Shown here: positions 38,643 to 50,349 of the stretch, piece by piece
How positions within the stretch are numbered: position 1 is the first letter of the stretch
Layout of the letters: every line of letters starts with the position of its first letter
From: Clostridiales bacterium
Lineage (GTDB): Bacteria > Bacillota > Desulfotomaculia > Desulfotomaculales > VENG01
Direction of reading: 5' to 3'
Assembly (NCBI GenBank): GCA_016278505.1
Contig: JADQBQ010000002.1
Location: forward strand, 89,638 to 153,637
Length of the DNA: 64,000 bases
Translations under genes and position numbers: made by a program
The notes under the pieces: generated by a model
What the model saw: only the letters and a program-made list of their open reading frames with translations
Databases searched by the model: none
Told to the model about the DNA's origin: nothing

Positions 38643-39899
38643 CTAAGGTAAAGACAATGAAATTGCAGGCACATAGGTGATAATTAATATATCAAGAATC
38701 AGCACAACAAAAAAAGGAAGCAGAGAACGTGTAATGGTCTCAATACCTATTCCCGCAATGTTACAGGTGATGAACAAATTTACCCCTAAAGGAGGTGTTA
38801 CCATACCCACAGCAAGATTCACAATCATAATCACACCAAAGTGCACCGGGTCTATGCCTAAGGAAGTAGCTATCGGAAGAAGTATGGGCGTTAAAATTAC
38901 CAGAGCAGCAGATGATTCAAAGAACATCCCCACTATTAAGAGCAATATATTAACCAGCAATAGATACACCAGCGGGCTCTCAGACAGCCCCAGCACAGCA
39001 CCGGCAATTGCCTGCGGCATCTGCTCCCTGGTTAGGATCCACCCCAAGAGTGAAGCCGATGCGATAATGACCATGATCACAGATGTAGTACGGGCAGATT
39101 GAACCAGAATTTCAGGAATATCTTTTAGGTTAAATTCTCTGTATACCAATCCGCCTACTACCAAGCCGTATACCACGGCGACCACCGCCGCCTCGGTGGG
39201 AGTAAAAACACCACCATATATACCCCCTAAAATTATAAAGGGCATTAAAAGGGCCAATAACGCTCCACCGAAAGATCGCAGCAGATGAGCAAAAGAGACT
39301 TCTGCATTTCCCTTGTATCCCCTGCGCCGTGAAATATAATATGCTACAAGCATTACTGACCCTGCAACCAGTATGCCGGGATAAATACCCGCTAAAAACA
39401 TATCACCGATAGAAACAGAGGCTAATACACCATAAAGAATCATTGGTATGCTCGGTGGGATAATCACTCCCATTTCACCTGATGAAGCCACCACAGCCGA
39501 AGAGAATTCTTTTGCATATCCCTTCTCCTGCATCGCGGGAATCAAAACAGCCCCCACCGCGGCCGCGGTGGCAGCACTTGAACCTGAAATAGCAGCAAAA
39601 AACATGCAAGTAAGCACCGCCGCCAGCGCCAGTCCGCCGCTCAAAGTCCCAACCAATGCACTCACAAATTCTATCAGGCGGCGGGAAAGGCCACCTCGTT
39701 CCATGAGGTGGCCGGCGAGAATAAAAAAAGGTACAGCCAGTAAAGGAAAAGAATTAACGGCGGTAACCATGCGCTGGGACACCAGAGTCAAAGGCACATC
39801 CCCTATCATGATCAGACCCAGCAGCGAAACCAAACCCAAGGCCACGGCTATGGGTACACTCAGTGCGAACAATAAAAGCAAAGATATTAGCAAAATCAC
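38643..39899 (-). CDS. TRAP transporter large permease (DctM family)
   Basis: 418-aa polytopic membrane protein typical of DctM. It overlaps the dctQ-like stop by 4 nt. Confidence 0.88.
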   Translation of the reverse strand: MILLISLLLLFALSVPIAVALGLVSLLGLIMIGDVPLTLVSQRMVTAVNSFPLLAVPFFILAGHLMERGGLSRRLIEFVSALVGTLSGGLALAAVLTCMFFAAISGSSAATAAAVGAVLIPAMQEKGYAKEFSSAVVASSGEMGVIIPPSIPMILYGVLASVSIGDMFLAGIYPGILVAGSVMLVAYYISRRRGYKGNAEVSFAHLLRSFGGALLALLMPFIILGGIYGGVFTPTEAAVVAVVYGLVVGGLVYREFNLKDIPEILVQSARTTSVIMVIIASASLLGWILTREQMPQAIAGAVLGLSESPLVYLLLVNILLLIVGMFFESSAALVILTPILLPIATSLGIDPVHFGVIMIVNLAVGMVTPPLGVNLFITCNIAGIGIETITRSLLPFFVVLILDILIITYVPAISLSLP

Positions 39900-40381
39900 C
39901 CCATGGATTTCGCCTCTTTGGTGTAATCAGCCAGCCAGGCCAAGGAATTAATGAGCATCAATAATCCTCCCACCGGAACCGCGGCGTATACCCAAGCCAT
40001 GGAAATACCAGTGGCGGCCGCTCTTTGCCCGGCTACAATAATAGTGGTTTGCGTACCGTAAATGATTAATACCAGGAAAAAAAGAGCTGATAAAAATTGG
40101 ACCAAAATCTCTATACGCAACCTGCCAGCGGCAGGAATTTTTCGAACTAAGGCGTCCACTCCGATAAGCCCCCTGTTTCTTACCGCTAATGCACCACCAA
40201 GAAAGGTTATCCATACCAGACAATAAAGAGCTACCTCCTCTGACCACACCAAAGGCTTCTCCAGTACAAAACGGAAAATGACCTGGCTAAACACCACCGC
40301 TACCATGACCGCCGTAAAAAGAGCAAGTAGCCAGGATATAAATCTATTGAGCCAATGAACCCCTTTTAACATAAACTGCAT
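39896..40381 (-). CDS. TRAP transporter small permease (DctQ family)
   Basis: 161 aa with 4 TM helices, positioned between the TRAP P and M subunits. Confidence 0.85.
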   Translation of the reverse strand: MQFMLKGVHWLNRFISWLLALFTAVMVAVVFSQVIFRFVLEKPLVWSEEVALYCLVWITFLGGALAVRNRGLIGVDALVRKIPAAGRLRIEILVQFLSALFFLVLIIYGTQTTIIVAGQRAAATGISMAWVYAAVPVGGLLMLINSLAWLADYTKEAKSMG

Positions 40382-40398
40382 TTGTGTCCCCCGGGTAA

Positions 40399-41406
40399 CT
40401 ATTTGGTTTCAATTATCTTTTCAATGAGTTCCGGGCCGAACTCCTCTTCAAATTGATCATAAACTCCACTGGTAGCTTTTTTAAATTCCGCGCGGTCCGG
40501 CCTAGTAATTTGCATTCCTTCCTCTTGCAACTTGGCCAGCTGGTTGTTTTCGCTTTCAGTAATCAAAGAACGTTCATAGTCAGCGGCCTTTAGGGCTGCT
40601 TCCCTTACAGCTTCACGCTGGTCAGCAGTCAAAGAATCCATTTTGTCTTTTGCTGCCATCAACACGGCCGGCGAATACACATGCCCGGTCAGTGCCAGAT
40701 AGTCTTGTACTTCGTAGAGGTGATGTGAATAAATAATAGCCACAGGATTTTCCTGCCCGTCAATAGTTCCCTGCTGCAGACTGGTAAACACTTCACTCCA
40801 CGCCATGGGAGTGGCATCTACCCCCAATTCCCTAAAAGCGGCTACGTGAACCCTGTTCTTCATGGTGCGCAGTTTAAGCCCGTCCATATCTTCCGGCTTA
40901 TTTACGGGTCGCTTGGAATTGGTTACATGACGAAAACCATTCTCCCAAAAAGCAAGGCCAATTATACCCTTTGACTCAAACTTGGCCAGAAGATTTTGAC
41001 CGATATCTCCGTCCAAAACGGTGTACGCATGTTGCTTATCCCTAAACAAAAAAGGAAGATCTACCACGTTCATCTCAGGCACAAAATTTCCCAGTGGGCC
41101 GGTAGAAGACAGAACTAAATCAACCGTTCCCAATTGCAGGCCCTCCACCATATCTCTTTCGTCTCCAAGCGAAGCATTGGGATATATCTCAACCTGCACT
41201 GTTCCACCGGTTTTTTCTTCCACCAGGCTTTTAAACCTTTCCAATCCGCGGTGATAAGCATGTCCTTCATTGACCGCGTGCCCGGCCCTTAATGTTACCT
41301 GCCCCGGCTCACCTTCCTTTTCTTTTCCAGCACAACCCACCGTCAATACAACAACAGCCAATATAACAACAGCCAACAGCATGATTAAGGTTTTCAATTT
41401 ACCCAT
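40399..41406 (-). CDS. TRAP transporter substrate-binding lipoprotein (DctP family)
   Basis: DctP-like sequence. Start placed at ATG 41406 (MGKLKTLIMLLAVVILAVVVLTVGC), which gives a signal peptide with the lipobox LTVGC. The track start is 41439. Confidence 0.85.
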   Translation of the reverse strand: MGKLKTLIMLLAVVILAVVVLTVGCAGKEKEGEPGQVTLRAGHAVNEGHAYHRGLERFKSLVEEKTGGTVQVEIYPNASLGDERDMVEGLQLGTVDLVLSSTGPLGNFVPEMNVVDLPFLFRDKQHAYTVLDGDIGQNLLAKFESKGIIGLAFWENGFRHVTNSKRPVNKPEDMDGLKLRTMKNRVHVAAFRELGVDATPMAWSEVFTSLQQGTIDGQENPVAIIYSHHLYEVQDYLALTGHVYSPAVLMAAKDKMDSLTADQREAVREAALKAADYERSLITESENNQLAKLQEEGMQITRPDRAEFKKATSGVYDQFEEEFGPELIEKIIETK

Positions 41407-41665
41407 AGATAACACCCTTTCTCTCACAGAGTAGCACAAAAGACGGGAATGTAAGGTGATAAGAAATAGTGTAAGCAGACTACCACAACCCTATCCGCGT
41501 TTAATCCCTTTAAGGATAACACCACTCCCTTTTATTGCTTATAAAGCTTTCTACTCTACAAATGTAATTCCTGCTAACATTCCAAAGTTGCAGGAACACA
41601 TAATAAAAACGCGAATATGTACATGTTTGTCTCTTCTTTCAAAACCAAAAGTGAGGTGGCACAAA

Positions 41666-42523
41666 ATGAAACAGCAATTAAAAGATTTGGCAATGATAAT
41701 CATTGGGGTAATTATCACTGCCGTGGGCATAAACTCTTTTATTATACCCTACAAAATTTTAGCCGGCGGGGTAACCGGTTTAGCTATACTTGGCGAGTAC
41801 ATTACCGGAGTTGAAACGTACATAATACTTTTTGTTATCAACATTCCCATCTTCCTTTTAGGGGCCAAGGAAATAAACAAACGCTTCATTATCTTTAGTT
41901 TTATTGCCACGGCAGGGCTGTCTTTAAGTCTTCCTCTTTTGGAAGGAATAACGATTAATACGCAGGATATACTGCTTGCCTCCATTTTTGGCGGCATTAT
42001 TGTTGGAATTGGAAACGGGTTAATATTCAGAGCCGGCAGTTCCTTCGGAGGTACTGACATCATCGCGGTTATTTTTAAGAAAAAGCTGGATCTAAACGTG
42101 GGAGAATTTCTGCTTCTTTCCAATGTTTTGATTGTTGTCGGCTCACTGCTTGTTAACACTGCCGAGCTGGCCATGTACACTATTGTTTGCATGGCAGTTT
42201 CATCAAAAATTATTGACATTGTACAATACGGTTTCAATACCAAAAAGACGGCCATGATTGTTTCAGGCCGCCCGGAGGAGTTGGCTCAAAGTATTGTTAA
42301 CGAATTCGGGCGGGGTGCCACCCTGCTTTCAGGCCAAGGAGCATATTCCCTAACGGAAAAAAAGGTGATCAATTGTGTGGTCAATCGCTTTGAACTCCCA
42401 CGCTTAAAAAACCTGGTACGAGAAATAGATCCCGAAGCCTTTATGACTATCACCGCGACAAACGAGGTTTTAGGTGGTGGTTTTGCCGGAAACCGGGAGT
42501 ACGAATGGTATTCTAAGGGTTAG
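41666..42523 (+). CDS. YitT-family membrane protein (DUF161 repeats + DUF2179 C-terminal domain)
   Basis: Start at ATG 41666 (MKQQLKDLAMIIIG) after a GTGAGGTGG RBS. The upstream 210 nt of the track ORF is open reading through intergenic DNA. Confidence 0.8.
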   Translation: MKQQLKDLAMIIIGVIITAVGINSFIIPYKILAGGVTGLAILGEYITGVETYIILFVINIPIFLLGAKEINKRFIIFSFIATAGLSLSLPLLEGITINTQDILLASIFGGIIVGIGNGLIFRAGSSFGGTDIIAVIFKKKLDLNVGEFLLLSNVLIVVGSLLVNTAELAMYTIVCMAVSSKIIDIVQYGFNTKKTAMIVSGRPEELAQSIVNEFGRGATLLSGQGAYSLTEKKVINCVVNRFELPRLKNLVREIDPEAFMTITATNEVLGGGFAGNREYEWYSKG

Positions 42524-42657
42524 CGTTTGCTGTGCCCAAAGGGAAGTTCGTCAGCAGTATGTAAAGGAAATTATTTCAAATGGATATGTTATAAGTGAAC
42601 GTTATTTGGAGATAATAAATATTATAGTGGAAACAAATTAGCTATGTAGGTGTTTAT

Positions 42658-42849
42658 ATGAAAGTAACTTTAATGCCGTGCGCTCAATGCCACTACCAGC
42701 ACGGCCCGGATTGCGAGTTTTGTGAGCGGTATTTTAAATGGCTCACTAAAGTGAGACCTGAAGACGTGGTGATCACGGAAATTATAGACAGTGACCAGGC
42801 GGAAAACTTTACCTGCCCTCACTGCGCGAAGTGGTTCAGGGTTGGGTAA
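42658..42849 (+). CDS. 63-aa Cys-rich protein with three CxxC pairs (zinc-ribbon-like)
   Basis: The translation contains CAQC, CEFC and CPHC. AGGTG RBS 5 nt upstream of the ATG. Confidence 0.5.
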   Translation: MKVTLMPCAQCHYQHGPDCEFCERYFKWLTKVRPEDVVITEIIDSDQAENFTCPHCAKWFRVG

Positions 42850-42858
42850 ATCATGCGG

Positions 42859-43494
42859 TCAATGATTGAGGAAATCCACACCCAGATAAATTGATTGCCC
42901 TTCATTGACTTGTATTTGGGCCGCTGTAAGGTCAATTAATCGCTCGGACAATTTATGTATTGCGTCCGGGCGCAAAAGAAAATTAATCTTTACTTTCTCT
43001 GCATAATCAATATTTATATGGCGTCCTCCGGCATTTTCCACCTCTCGTTTGACCTGGCCCAGCCACTGGTAGTCCATTGTTAAATGAACATTGCGGTATA
43101 ATACTTTTTGCAGTACCCCTGCGGCAGTAATACCCTTTACCGCCGCTTCCTTATAAGCCCGCACCAGGCCACCCGCGCCAAGTTTAATTCCGCCAAAATA
43201 CCTGGAAACCACTAATACTGTTCTTAAAAGCCCTTTTTGTGAAATAACTTCGAAACCCGGCATTCCTGCCGTCCCACCGGGCTCTCCGTTATCACTGTAT
43301 TTTTGAATTCGATCATCTATTCTGTACGCAAATACATTATGGTTGGCTTTTTTATGGTTACCGGCAACACTACTGATAAAATCAACAGCTTCCTGTTCAT
43401 TTTTGACCGGAGCAGCATTGGTTATAAAACGCGACTTTTTTATGATCATCTCACTTTGAGCTTGTTGATTAAGAGTCCAATAACTATCTTGCAT
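42859..43494 (-). CDS. yigZ: YigZ / IMPACT-family protein (UPF0029)
   Basis: 211 aa with KKSRFI, AYR, DDGEP-like (DNGEPGGTAG) and RYFGGIKLG motifs. Confidence 0.85.
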   Translation of the reverse strand: MQDSYWTLNQQAQSEMIIKKSRFITNAAPVKNEQEAVDFISSVAGNHKKANHNVFAYRIDDRIQKYSDNGEPGGTAGMPGFEVISQKGLLRTVLVVSRYFGGIKLGAGGLVRAYKEAAVKGITAAGVLQKVLYRNVHLTMDYQWLGQVKREVENAGGRHINIDYAEKVKINFLLRPDAIHKLSERLIDLTAAQIQVNEGQSIYLGVDFLNH

Positions 43495-43511
43495 AATGGC
43501 CTCCGCTTGTC

Positions 43512-44231
43512 TTATTCAAGGATCATTTCACCAATAATCTGCTTTGCGGCTGCTACAGGATCTCCCACAGCGGTGATGGGACGTCCCACGACAAGGTACG
43601 TTGACCCCTCCTTTAATGCATCTGCCGGTGTAACGATTCTTTTCTGGTCTCCCGCCGCGGAACCGGCAGGACGGATACCCGGGGTGACAATAATAAATTG
43701 CTTACCACACACTTGACGTATAGCTGCCGCCTCCCGGGCCGAAGCCACAACTCCGTCCAATCCGCTATTCTGGGCCATTTTTGCCCAAAGCTTTACTCTT
43801 TCCTCTATGCTGCCGGTGATTCCAATCTGGTTATTGAACTCCTCTTGCCCCAAACTTGTAAGCACGGTAACAGCAATAACCCGGGGCCGTCTTATACCCA
43901 GGCGGGCAGCTTCTTCCCCTGCGGCCCGGGCGGCCGCTTGCATCATTTCTGTTCCACCTGCGGCATGCACATTGATAATATCTGCCCCATACCTGGTTAA
44001 AACCTTCACCGCCCTGGACACGGTGTTAGGAATATCGTGGAGTTTTAAATCGATAAATATTTTTGCGCCCAGCTCTCTAATGGTGTGTATTAGATCAGGG
44101 CCACAGGAGTAGAACAATTCCATACCCACTTTAAACATACCAACCTGCGGAGTGAGCACGCGAGCCAGTTCCAGGGCCCTTTCTTTACTGTCCACATCCA
44201 AAGCCACAATCAGATGCTCATTAGGTTTCAA
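43512..44231 (-). CDS. pyrF: orotidine-5'-phosphate decarboxylase
   Basis: LIVALD and DLKLHDIPNT motifs. Start placed at TTG 44231, 7 nt after AAGGAGG. The track GTG at 44258 overlaps the pyrD stop. Confidence 0.9.
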   Translation of the reverse strand: MKPNEHLIVALDVDSKERALELARVLTPQVGMFKVGMELFYSCGPDLIHTIRELGAKIFIDLKLHDIPNTVSRAVKVLTRYGADIINVHAAGGTEMMQAAARAAGEEAARLGIRRPRVIAVTVLTSLGQEEFNNQIGITGSIEERVKLWAKMAQNSGLDGVVASAREAAAIRQVCGKQFIIVTPGIRPAGSAAGDQKRIVTPADALKEGSTYLVVGRPITAVGDPVAAAKQIIGEMILE

Positions 44232-44254
44232 CGGAAAACCTCCTTTTTCCCATC

Positions 44255-45178
44255 TCACTGGTGTGCCTTCCCAATAAGCTGGTTCACATCAGAATACCCG
44301 TTTTTCACTAAAAATTGTTCAATTCCTTCTATAATATCCACTGTAGCCCGGGGGTTGATAAAGTTTGCGGTACCAACAGCTACGGCAGTGGCACCGGCCA
44401 TTATAAACTCCAGCGCATCGTCGGCACAAGTTATTCCACCCATACCGATTATAGGTAAATTTGTTTCTTTAAAAACCTGCCACACCGCGCGGACAGCAAT
44501 AGGTTTTACGGCCGGGCCGCTCAGCCCTCCCATGGTGTTACCCAAAACAGGCCGCATGGTGTGTATGTCAATTTTCATACCGAGCAGGGTATTAATCATA
44601 GCCAATCCATCGGCACCGGCCTCTGCCACACTTTGGGCAACCCTGACCATATCGGTTACATTTGGTGAGAGCTTAACAATTACCGGTAAATTTGTATTGG
44701 CCTTTACCACACGCGTTACTTCCGCGGCAGCCGCCGGGTCGCTTCCGAACTGCATGCCACCTTTTCTTACGTTGGGACAGGATACGTTTACTTCAATGCA
44801 GGCGGCATATGATTGGTCCAATTTCTTTGCCACCAAACCGTAATCATCCGGTGTATCACCGGAGATATTTACAATTACAGGAATACTAAACTGTTGCAGC
44901 CGGGGCAAGATCTCATCAACCACAATATCAACCCCGGGGTTTTGCAGCCCAATGGCATTAAGAATGCCGCAAGGCGTCTCAATTATACGCGGCGGTGGGT
45001 TCCCCTTGCGTGGATGCAGAGTAGTTCCCTTTACTACTAAGGCTCCTAAACTGGAAAGGTCAAGATAATGAGCATATTCCTCTCCGAACCCAAAAGTTCC
45101 GGAAGCTGTAGTGACAGGGTTTTTCATTTTTATACCTGCACAATTCACACCAAGGTTAATATCTGTCCTCACTCCCAC
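44255..45178 (-). CDS. pyrD: dihydroorotate dehydrogenase B, catalytic subunit
   Basis: Class 1B DHOD sequence ([20 protein letters not shown]). Paired with pyrK. Confidence 0.92.
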   Translation of the reverse strand: MGVRTDINLGVNCAGIKMKNPVTTASGTFGFGEEYAHYLDLSSLGALVVKGTTLHPRKGNPPPRIIETPCGILNAIGLQNPGVDIVVDEILPRLQQFSIPVIVNISGDTPDDYGLVAKKLDQSYAACIEVNVSCPNVRKGGMQFGSDPAAAAEVTRVVKANTNLPVIVKLSPNVTDMVRVAQSVAEAGADGLAMINTLLGMKIDIHTMRPVLGNTMGGLSGPAVKPIAVRAVWQVFKETNLPIIGMGGITCADDALEFIMAGATAVAVGTANFINPRATVDIIEGIEQFLVKNGYSDVNQLIGKAHQ

Positions 45179-45951
45179 ACCACCTCACTTGCGGAAAATA
45201 CCGGCCCATCCACGCAAACATGACTGTATGTGAATTCCTCCGGGTGTCCAGTTCTGGTTTTACAAGCACAGGCCAGGCATGCACCCACCCCGCACCCCAT
45301 TCTTTCCTCCAGGGAAAACTGTCCGGGCACATTATGTTTTTTTATTATTTTGGCCAACGCCCGCATCATAGGCCGGGGACCGCAGGTATATACCATATCC
45401 AGGCCGGAAATAAAATCCGGTGAGCAGATATCGGTCACCCGGCCGTGATAGCCGGACGAACCATCGTCTGTTGCCACCTGCACACTGTGACCAAGCTCAT
45501 TAATGTCCTTAATTCGTAAAAGGTGTCCGGCGGAAGAAGCACCTAAAAAAACATCAGCAACTGAACCATTCTCACTAAGTTTTTGAAGCAGAAAATACAG
45601 GGGTGCGATCCCTATACCCCCCGCAACTACCAATACTTTAGAATTGGCAGGAGGTAGTGTAAATCCATTTCCTAGGGGGCCCATTATATTTAGCTGTTCA
45701 TAATCCGACAGCATGGCTGTGCCCCGGCCGGCAACCCGGTACAACAGGCTAACCGTACCCCTATCCTTATCCACCGTGTGAATACTTATTGGGCGGCGAA
45801 GCAGGGGGTCAAGGGTATCTGAGCAAAGTACATGCAAGAATTGCCCCGGCTGTGAACTGTGGGCGATGTCCGGTGCATGTACTCTTAAAAGATTGTATCC
45901 CGGCATGATGTGCTTGCGGTTTGTTACTTTTGCGGCGGTCATCAATTTCAT
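45169..45951 (-). CDS. pyrK: dihydroorotate dehydrogenase B, electron-transfer (FAD/2Fe-2S) subunit
   Basis: RRPISI FAD motif and a C-terminal Cys cluster [11 protein letters not shown]. Confidence 0.9.
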   Translation of the reverse strand: MKLMTAAKVTNRKHIMPGYNLLRVHAPDIAHSSQPGQFLHVLCSDTLDPLLRRPISIHTVDKDRGTVSLLYRVAGRGTAMLSDYEQLNIMGPLGNGFTLPPANSKVLVVAGGIGIAPLYFLLQKLSENGSVADVFLGASSAGHLLRIKDINELGHSVQVATDDGSSGYHGRVTDICSPDFISGLDMVYTCGPRPMMRALAKIIKKHNVPGQFSLEERMGCGVGACLACACKTRTGHPEEFTYSHVCVDGPVFSASEVVWE

Positions 45952-46015
45952 ATTTGTACCTCCGGCGATAAAGAGGATATTAACCCCGGACCTGGAGGCC
46001 CGGGGTTATATTTGC

Positions 46016-49000
46016 TTAAGAAAGATACTCCTGTAGTGGGATAATATCCAGCTTGCTGCCTTCCTTGAATTCTCCCAGTACTTCGAGGATGGCACTGGCC
46101 GTGTCCAGGGAAGTCAAGGCCGGTACCCCCATTTCCACCACGGCTCGTCTGATTCGGAAACCATCTCTTTCCGGAGCCTTGCCCTTAGTAAGTGTATTAA
46201 TCACTAAGTGAATCTTGTTGTCCCGTAAAAGGTCTGCGATATGCGGCGAACCTTCGCGGACCTTATTCACTCTCTCCACCTGTAGTCCTTTATTGGCCAA
46301 AAAATCTGCCGTTCCGCCGGTGGCACAAATATTATAGCCAAGCTCGGCAAATCCCTTTACAATGGGATATGCTTCTTCCTTATCCTTGTCGGCAATGGTG
46401 GCCAAAATTGTACCCCGGAAGGGGAATACACATCCTGAGGCTACAAGTGCCTTGTAAAGGGCCGCCCGGTATGAGTGATTAACTCCCATTACCTCTCCGG
46501 TGGATTTCATTTCAGGCCCAAGTGAAATATCCACCTGCAGCAGTTTGGCAAAGCTAAATACCGGTGCTTTAACCCCCACTATATCCGGCTCGGGATATAA
46601 TCCACTCTCGTAACCCATGGCTTTAAGATTTTGACCTAAAATAGCCTTGGTGGCTAAATTAACCATGGGAATACCGGTAATCTTACTCATGTAAGGCACG
46701 GTACGGCTGGCCCGGGGATTAACTTCCAGTACATAAAGTTCCCCGTCAAATAACACGTATTGAATATTAATCATTCCTCTGACGTCCAACTCTTTGGCCA
46801 ACCTGGTAGTATAATCCACTATTTTAGCACGGGTGGATTGATCCAGGCCATCAGGCGGGTAAACCGCTATACTATCGCCTGAATGCACCCCGGCTCTTTC
46901 CACGTGCTTCATAATGCCGGGAATCATTACCGTCTCCCCGTCACAAATAGCATCCACTTCCAACTCCACACCTAGAAAGTATTTATCAACCAACACCGGG
47001 TGTTCAGGCGTGACTAATACAGCGTTATTCATGTAGTTGCGCAGTTCGTCCATGTTATACACTATTTCCATGGCTCTGCCACCCAGCACGTAAGAAGGGC
47101 GTACCAGTACAGGAAAACCAATCTTTTTGGCGATTATTTCGGCCTGTTCGTAAGAAACAGCGGTCTTTCCGGGCGGGCGCGGTATATTTAGTTTATTAAG
47201 CATATCATCAAACCGCTCGCGGTCTTCAGCCCGGTCAATCCCGTCCATAGAAGTACCCAACACCTTGATGCCTTCCTTGCTCAACTTTTCCGCCAGGTTA
47301 ATGGCTGTTTGACCACCGAATTGAACAATAACCCCTTCCGGCCTTTCCTTTTCCAGTATCCTCAATACATCTTCGGTAACCAATGGCTCGAAGTAAAGCC
47401 TATCGGAAGTATCAAAGTCGGTACTTACTGTTTCCGGGTTATTGTTAATGATAATGGCTTCCATACCCTCTTCCTGGAGGGACCAAACAGAATGTACACA
47501 GCAGTAGTCAAATTCAATACCCTGACCGATACGAATAGGCCCACCACCCAGTACCACAACCTTACGATTATTTGTGGTCTCAACCTCGTCCTCGGTATCG
47601 TAGCAGGAATAGTAATAAGGGGTTTGGGCTTCAAACTCAGCAGCACAAGTGTCAACCATCTTATAAACGGGTTTTATATTATGCCCCATGCGAAGTTCAC
47701 GAACTTCCTTTTCGGTTACCCCCGCAGCCTGGGCCAAATAAGCATCTGCCATGCCCATTCGCTTGGCCTTGATAAGAAATTCAGAAGTTAAAGTGTTGAT
47801 GCCGCCCCTGCTAAGAGCGGATTCCATATCAACAATGTTTTTTATCTTTTGCAGGAAAAACACATCAACTTTAGATATATTATGGATGTGCTCCAGCAAT
47901 ATGCCACGCCTGAAAGCCTCGGCAATTATAAATAAGCGCTCATCTTCAGGAAATCGAAGCTTATTTTCTATATCCTCATCTGATAAGTCCTTGGCTCCCG
48001 GCAAAATCAATCCCGAAATGCCAATTTCGAGCGAGCGCACGGCCTTCATTACGGCACCTTCAAAGGTACGGTCAATGGACATTACTTCACCGGTGGCCTT
48101 CATTTGTGTGCCCAGGGTACGGTCGCCAAGGGCGAACTTATCAAAGGGCCAGCGTGGAAACTTTAACACCACATAGTCAATGGCGGGTTCAAAGCAAGCG
48201 TAGGTTTTGCCTGTTACAGCATTTCTAATTTCGTCCAGCGTATAACCGATGCCGATCTTACTGGCTACCTTGGCAATAGGATATCCCGTAGCCTTGGATG
48301 CCAGTGCGGAAGATCTGGAGACCCTTGGATTTACTTCAATTACATAATAATCAAAACTATTGGGGTCAAGGGCAAACTGCACATTACAGCCACCTTCCAC
48401 ACCCAGTGCTCGAATAATCTTCAAGGATGCGGTGCGCAGCATCTGGTATTCTTTATCACTGAGAGTTTGGGCGGGGGCCGTTACAATGCTGTCACCGGTA
48501 TGAACACCCATGGGATCAAGGTTTTCCATGCTACAGATGGTTATGCAATTATCAGCACCGTCCCGCATGACCTCATACTCCAGTTCCTTCCAACCTACCA
48601 AACTCTTTTCAATCAGGGCCTGGTGAATGATGCTGGCTTTGAGACCGTAACCGGCAATATTGATGAGCTCTTCCATACTGGAAACCATGCCGCCCCCGGT
48701 ACCACCTAGTGTATATGCAGGACGCACAACCAGCGGGAAACCTATTTTCTTGGCAAATTCCACAGCTTCATCAACGCTGCTTACAATTGTGCTTTCGGGT
48801 ACCGGCTCATTGATTCTGGCCATGGTGTCCTTGAATTCTTCCCGGTCTTCAGCGCGCTTAATAGCATCCAGCTGGGTCCCTAAAAGCTCCACCCCTTCGG
48901 CCTGCAGCAACCCTTTTTCCGATAACTGCAGAGCCATATTCAGTCCCACCTGGCCACCCAGTGAGGGAAGCAGCCCATCCGGTTTTTCCTTTCTAATTAC

Positions 49001-49228
49001 TTTCATAACAAATTCTTCCGTAATGGGCTCAATGTATATACGGTCTGCCATATTGGCATCAGTCATAATGGTAGCCGGGTTACTGTTGATCAGCACCACT
49101 TCCAGCCCTTCTTCCTTAAGAGCCTGGCAGGCCTGGGTACCGGCATAATCAAATTCTGCAGCCTGGCCGATAATAATGGGGCCTGAGCCAATAACCATCA
49201 CTTTCTTGATATCATTTCTGCGCGGCAT
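46016..49228 (-). CDS. carB: carbamoyl-phosphate synthase large subunit
   Basis: 1070 aa with duplicated ATP-grasp halves and an MGS-like C-terminus. Confidence 0.95.
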   Translation of the reverse strand: MPRRNDIKKVMVIGSGPIIIGQAAEFDYAGTQACQALKEEGLEVVLINSNPATIMTDANMADRIYIEPITEEFVMKVIRKEKPDGLLPSLGGQVGLNMALQLSEKGLLQAEGVELLGTQLDAIKRAEDREEFKDTMARINEPVPESTIVSSVDEAVEFAKKIGFPLVVRPAYTLGGTGGGMVSSMEELINIAGYGLKASIIHQALIEKSLVGWKELEYEVMRDGADNCITICSMENLDPMGVHTGDSIVTAPAQTLSDKEYQMLRTASLKIIRALGVEGGCNVQFALDPNSFDYYVIEVNPRVSRSSALASKATGYPIAKVASKIGIGYTLDEIRNAVTGKTYACFEPAIDYVVLKFPRWPFDKFALGDRTLGTQMKATGEVMSIDRTFEGAVMKAVRSLEIGISGLILPGAKDLSDEDIENKLRFPEDERLFIIAEAFRRGILLEHIHNISKVDVFFLQKIKNIVDMESALSRGGINTLTSEFLIKAKRMGMADAYLAQAAGVTEKEVRELRMGHNIKPVYKMVDTCAAEFEAQTPYYYSCYDTEDEVETTNNRKVVVLGGGPIRIGQGIEFDYCCVHSVWSLQEEGMEAIIINNNPETVSTDFDTSDRLYFEPLVTEDVLRILEKERPEGVIVQFGGQTAINLAEKLSKEGIKVLGTSMDGIDRAEDRERFDDMLNKLNIPRPPGKTAVSYEQAEIIAKKIGFPVLVRPSYVLGGRAMEIVYNMDELRNYMNNAVLVTPEHPVLVDKYFLGVELEVDAICDGETVMIPGIMKHVERAGVHSGDSIAVYPPDGLDQSTRAKIVDYTTRLAKELDVRGMINIQYVLFDGELYVLEVNPRASRTVPYMSKITGIPMVNLATKAILGQNLKAMGYESGLYPEPDIVGVKAPVFSFAKLLQVDISLGPEMKSTGEVMGVNHSYRAALYKALVASGCVFPFRGTILATIADKDKEEAYPIVKGFAELGYNICATGGTADFLANKGLQVERVNKVREGSPHIADLLRDNKIHLVINTLTKGKAPERDGFRIRRAVVEMGVPALTSLDTASAILEVLGEFKEGSKLDIIPLQEYLS

Positions 49229-49230
49229 AG

Positions 49231-50313
49231 TTATTTGCCCTCCCTCTGTTGCATCAAATCCATAAAATCATCGAAGAGGTAATCCGATTCTTGAGGCCCG
49301 GGAGAGGCCTCAGGGTGATATTGGATTGCCATTATGGGTAAGTTATTGTGCCTGATCCCTTCTACGGTGTCATCATTTAAATTACGGTGTGTAACCGAAA
49401 CATCCAATCCCTTTAAGCTCTCTTCATCTACGGAAAAGCCGTGATTGTGTGATGTAATATAAACCTTTCCGGTAATTAAATCTTTAACCGGGTGATTTGC
49501 ACCGCGGTGTCCGAACTTCATTTTATAAGTTTTTGCGCCCAGGGCCAGAGCAATAACCTGGTGTCCCAGACATATACCGAACATGGGCACTTTGCCCACA
49601 AGCTCCTTAGTTGTATCTATGGCATAAGGCACATTCGCCGGGTCGCCGGGCCCGTTGGATAAGAATACCCCGTGAGGATTAAGGTTCATAATCTCTTCCT
49701 TTTTGATGTACGGCGATACCACAACAATTTCACAACGCCGCCCCTTTAGCCTGCGAATAATGTTTTGCTTGGACCCGAAGTCAACCAAAACCACTCTAGG
49801 CCCATCTCCGGATATAGTGTAAGATTCCTTTGCGGCCACTTCCGGCACCATTTCCTGCTCGCTAAAATCAGGACAGGCACGTGCCTTTGCAATTAATTCC
49901 TCAATGTTCCCGGTTTCAGTACTGATCACGGCACGCATAGTGCCGAAATTGCGGAGGTGCCTGGTAAGAGCACGGGTATCTACCCCGGATATCCCTACAA
50001 CTCCCTCTTTGGCTAAAAAATCTTCAATCCTGTAGCTGGCACGCCAGTTACTGGGGCGGTCACATTCCTCCCGAACCACAAACCCACGTACAAAGGAAGC
50101 TGCAGCCTCATAGTCATTTCTGTTAATACCGTAGTTACCTATGAGCGGGTAGGTCATTACAACAATCTGACCGCAATAAGAAGGATCGGTGAGAACCTCT
50201 TGGTACCCGGTCATACCTGTATTAAAAACCGCTTCTCCCCACCGTTCACCCTCTACTCCGAAGGCCTTACCTACAAAAAATGTTCCGTCTTCCAAGGCTA
50301 ATATTGCCTTCAT
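49231..50313 (-). CDS. carA: carbamoyl-phosphate synthase small (glutaminase) subunit
   Basis: GICLGHQ catalytic Cys context and HRG.NHPV. Start at ATG 50313 ([10 protein letters not shown]) after GGAGGTG. The track start is GTG 50322. Confidence 0.93.
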   Translation of the reverse strand: MKAILALEDGTFFVGKAFGVEGERWGEAVFNTGMTGYQEVLTDPSYCGQIVVMTYPLIGNYGINRNDYEAAASFVRGFVVREECDRPSNWRASYRIEDFLAKEGVVGISGVDTRALTRHLRNFGTMRAVISTETGNIEELIAKARACPDFSEQEMVPEVAAKESYTISGDGPRVVLVDFGSKQNIIRRLKGRRCEIVVVSPYIKKEEIMNLNPHGVFLSNGPGDPANVPYAIDTTKELVGKVPMFGICLGHQVIALALGAKTYKMKFGHRGANHPVKDLITGKVYITSHNHGFSVDEESLKGLDVSVTHRNLNDDTVEGIRHNNLPIMAIQYHPEASPGPQESDYLFDDFMDLMQQREGK

Positions 50314-50349
50314 AATACACACCTCCGCTGAATTAATGTATCATTGAAA

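Noticed and set aside
41456-41665. 70-codon N-terminal extension of the YitT-like ORF
   Set aside because: The extension is non-membrane, has no RBS, and lies in the divergent dctP/yitT promoter region. ATG 41666 has a good RBS and gives the family-typical start.
44214-44843. Long antisense ORFs inside well-supported genes: 209 aa opposite pyrD; also 26031..26582, 36476..36967, 39448..39951, 47309..47791, 48660..49148 and 22944..23393
   Set aside because: These are shadow ORFs typical of the opposite strand of highly biased coding sequence. Their composition is low-complexity (Ser/Pro/Thr/Ala/Arg-rich), they have no RBS, and the sense genes are unambiguous.
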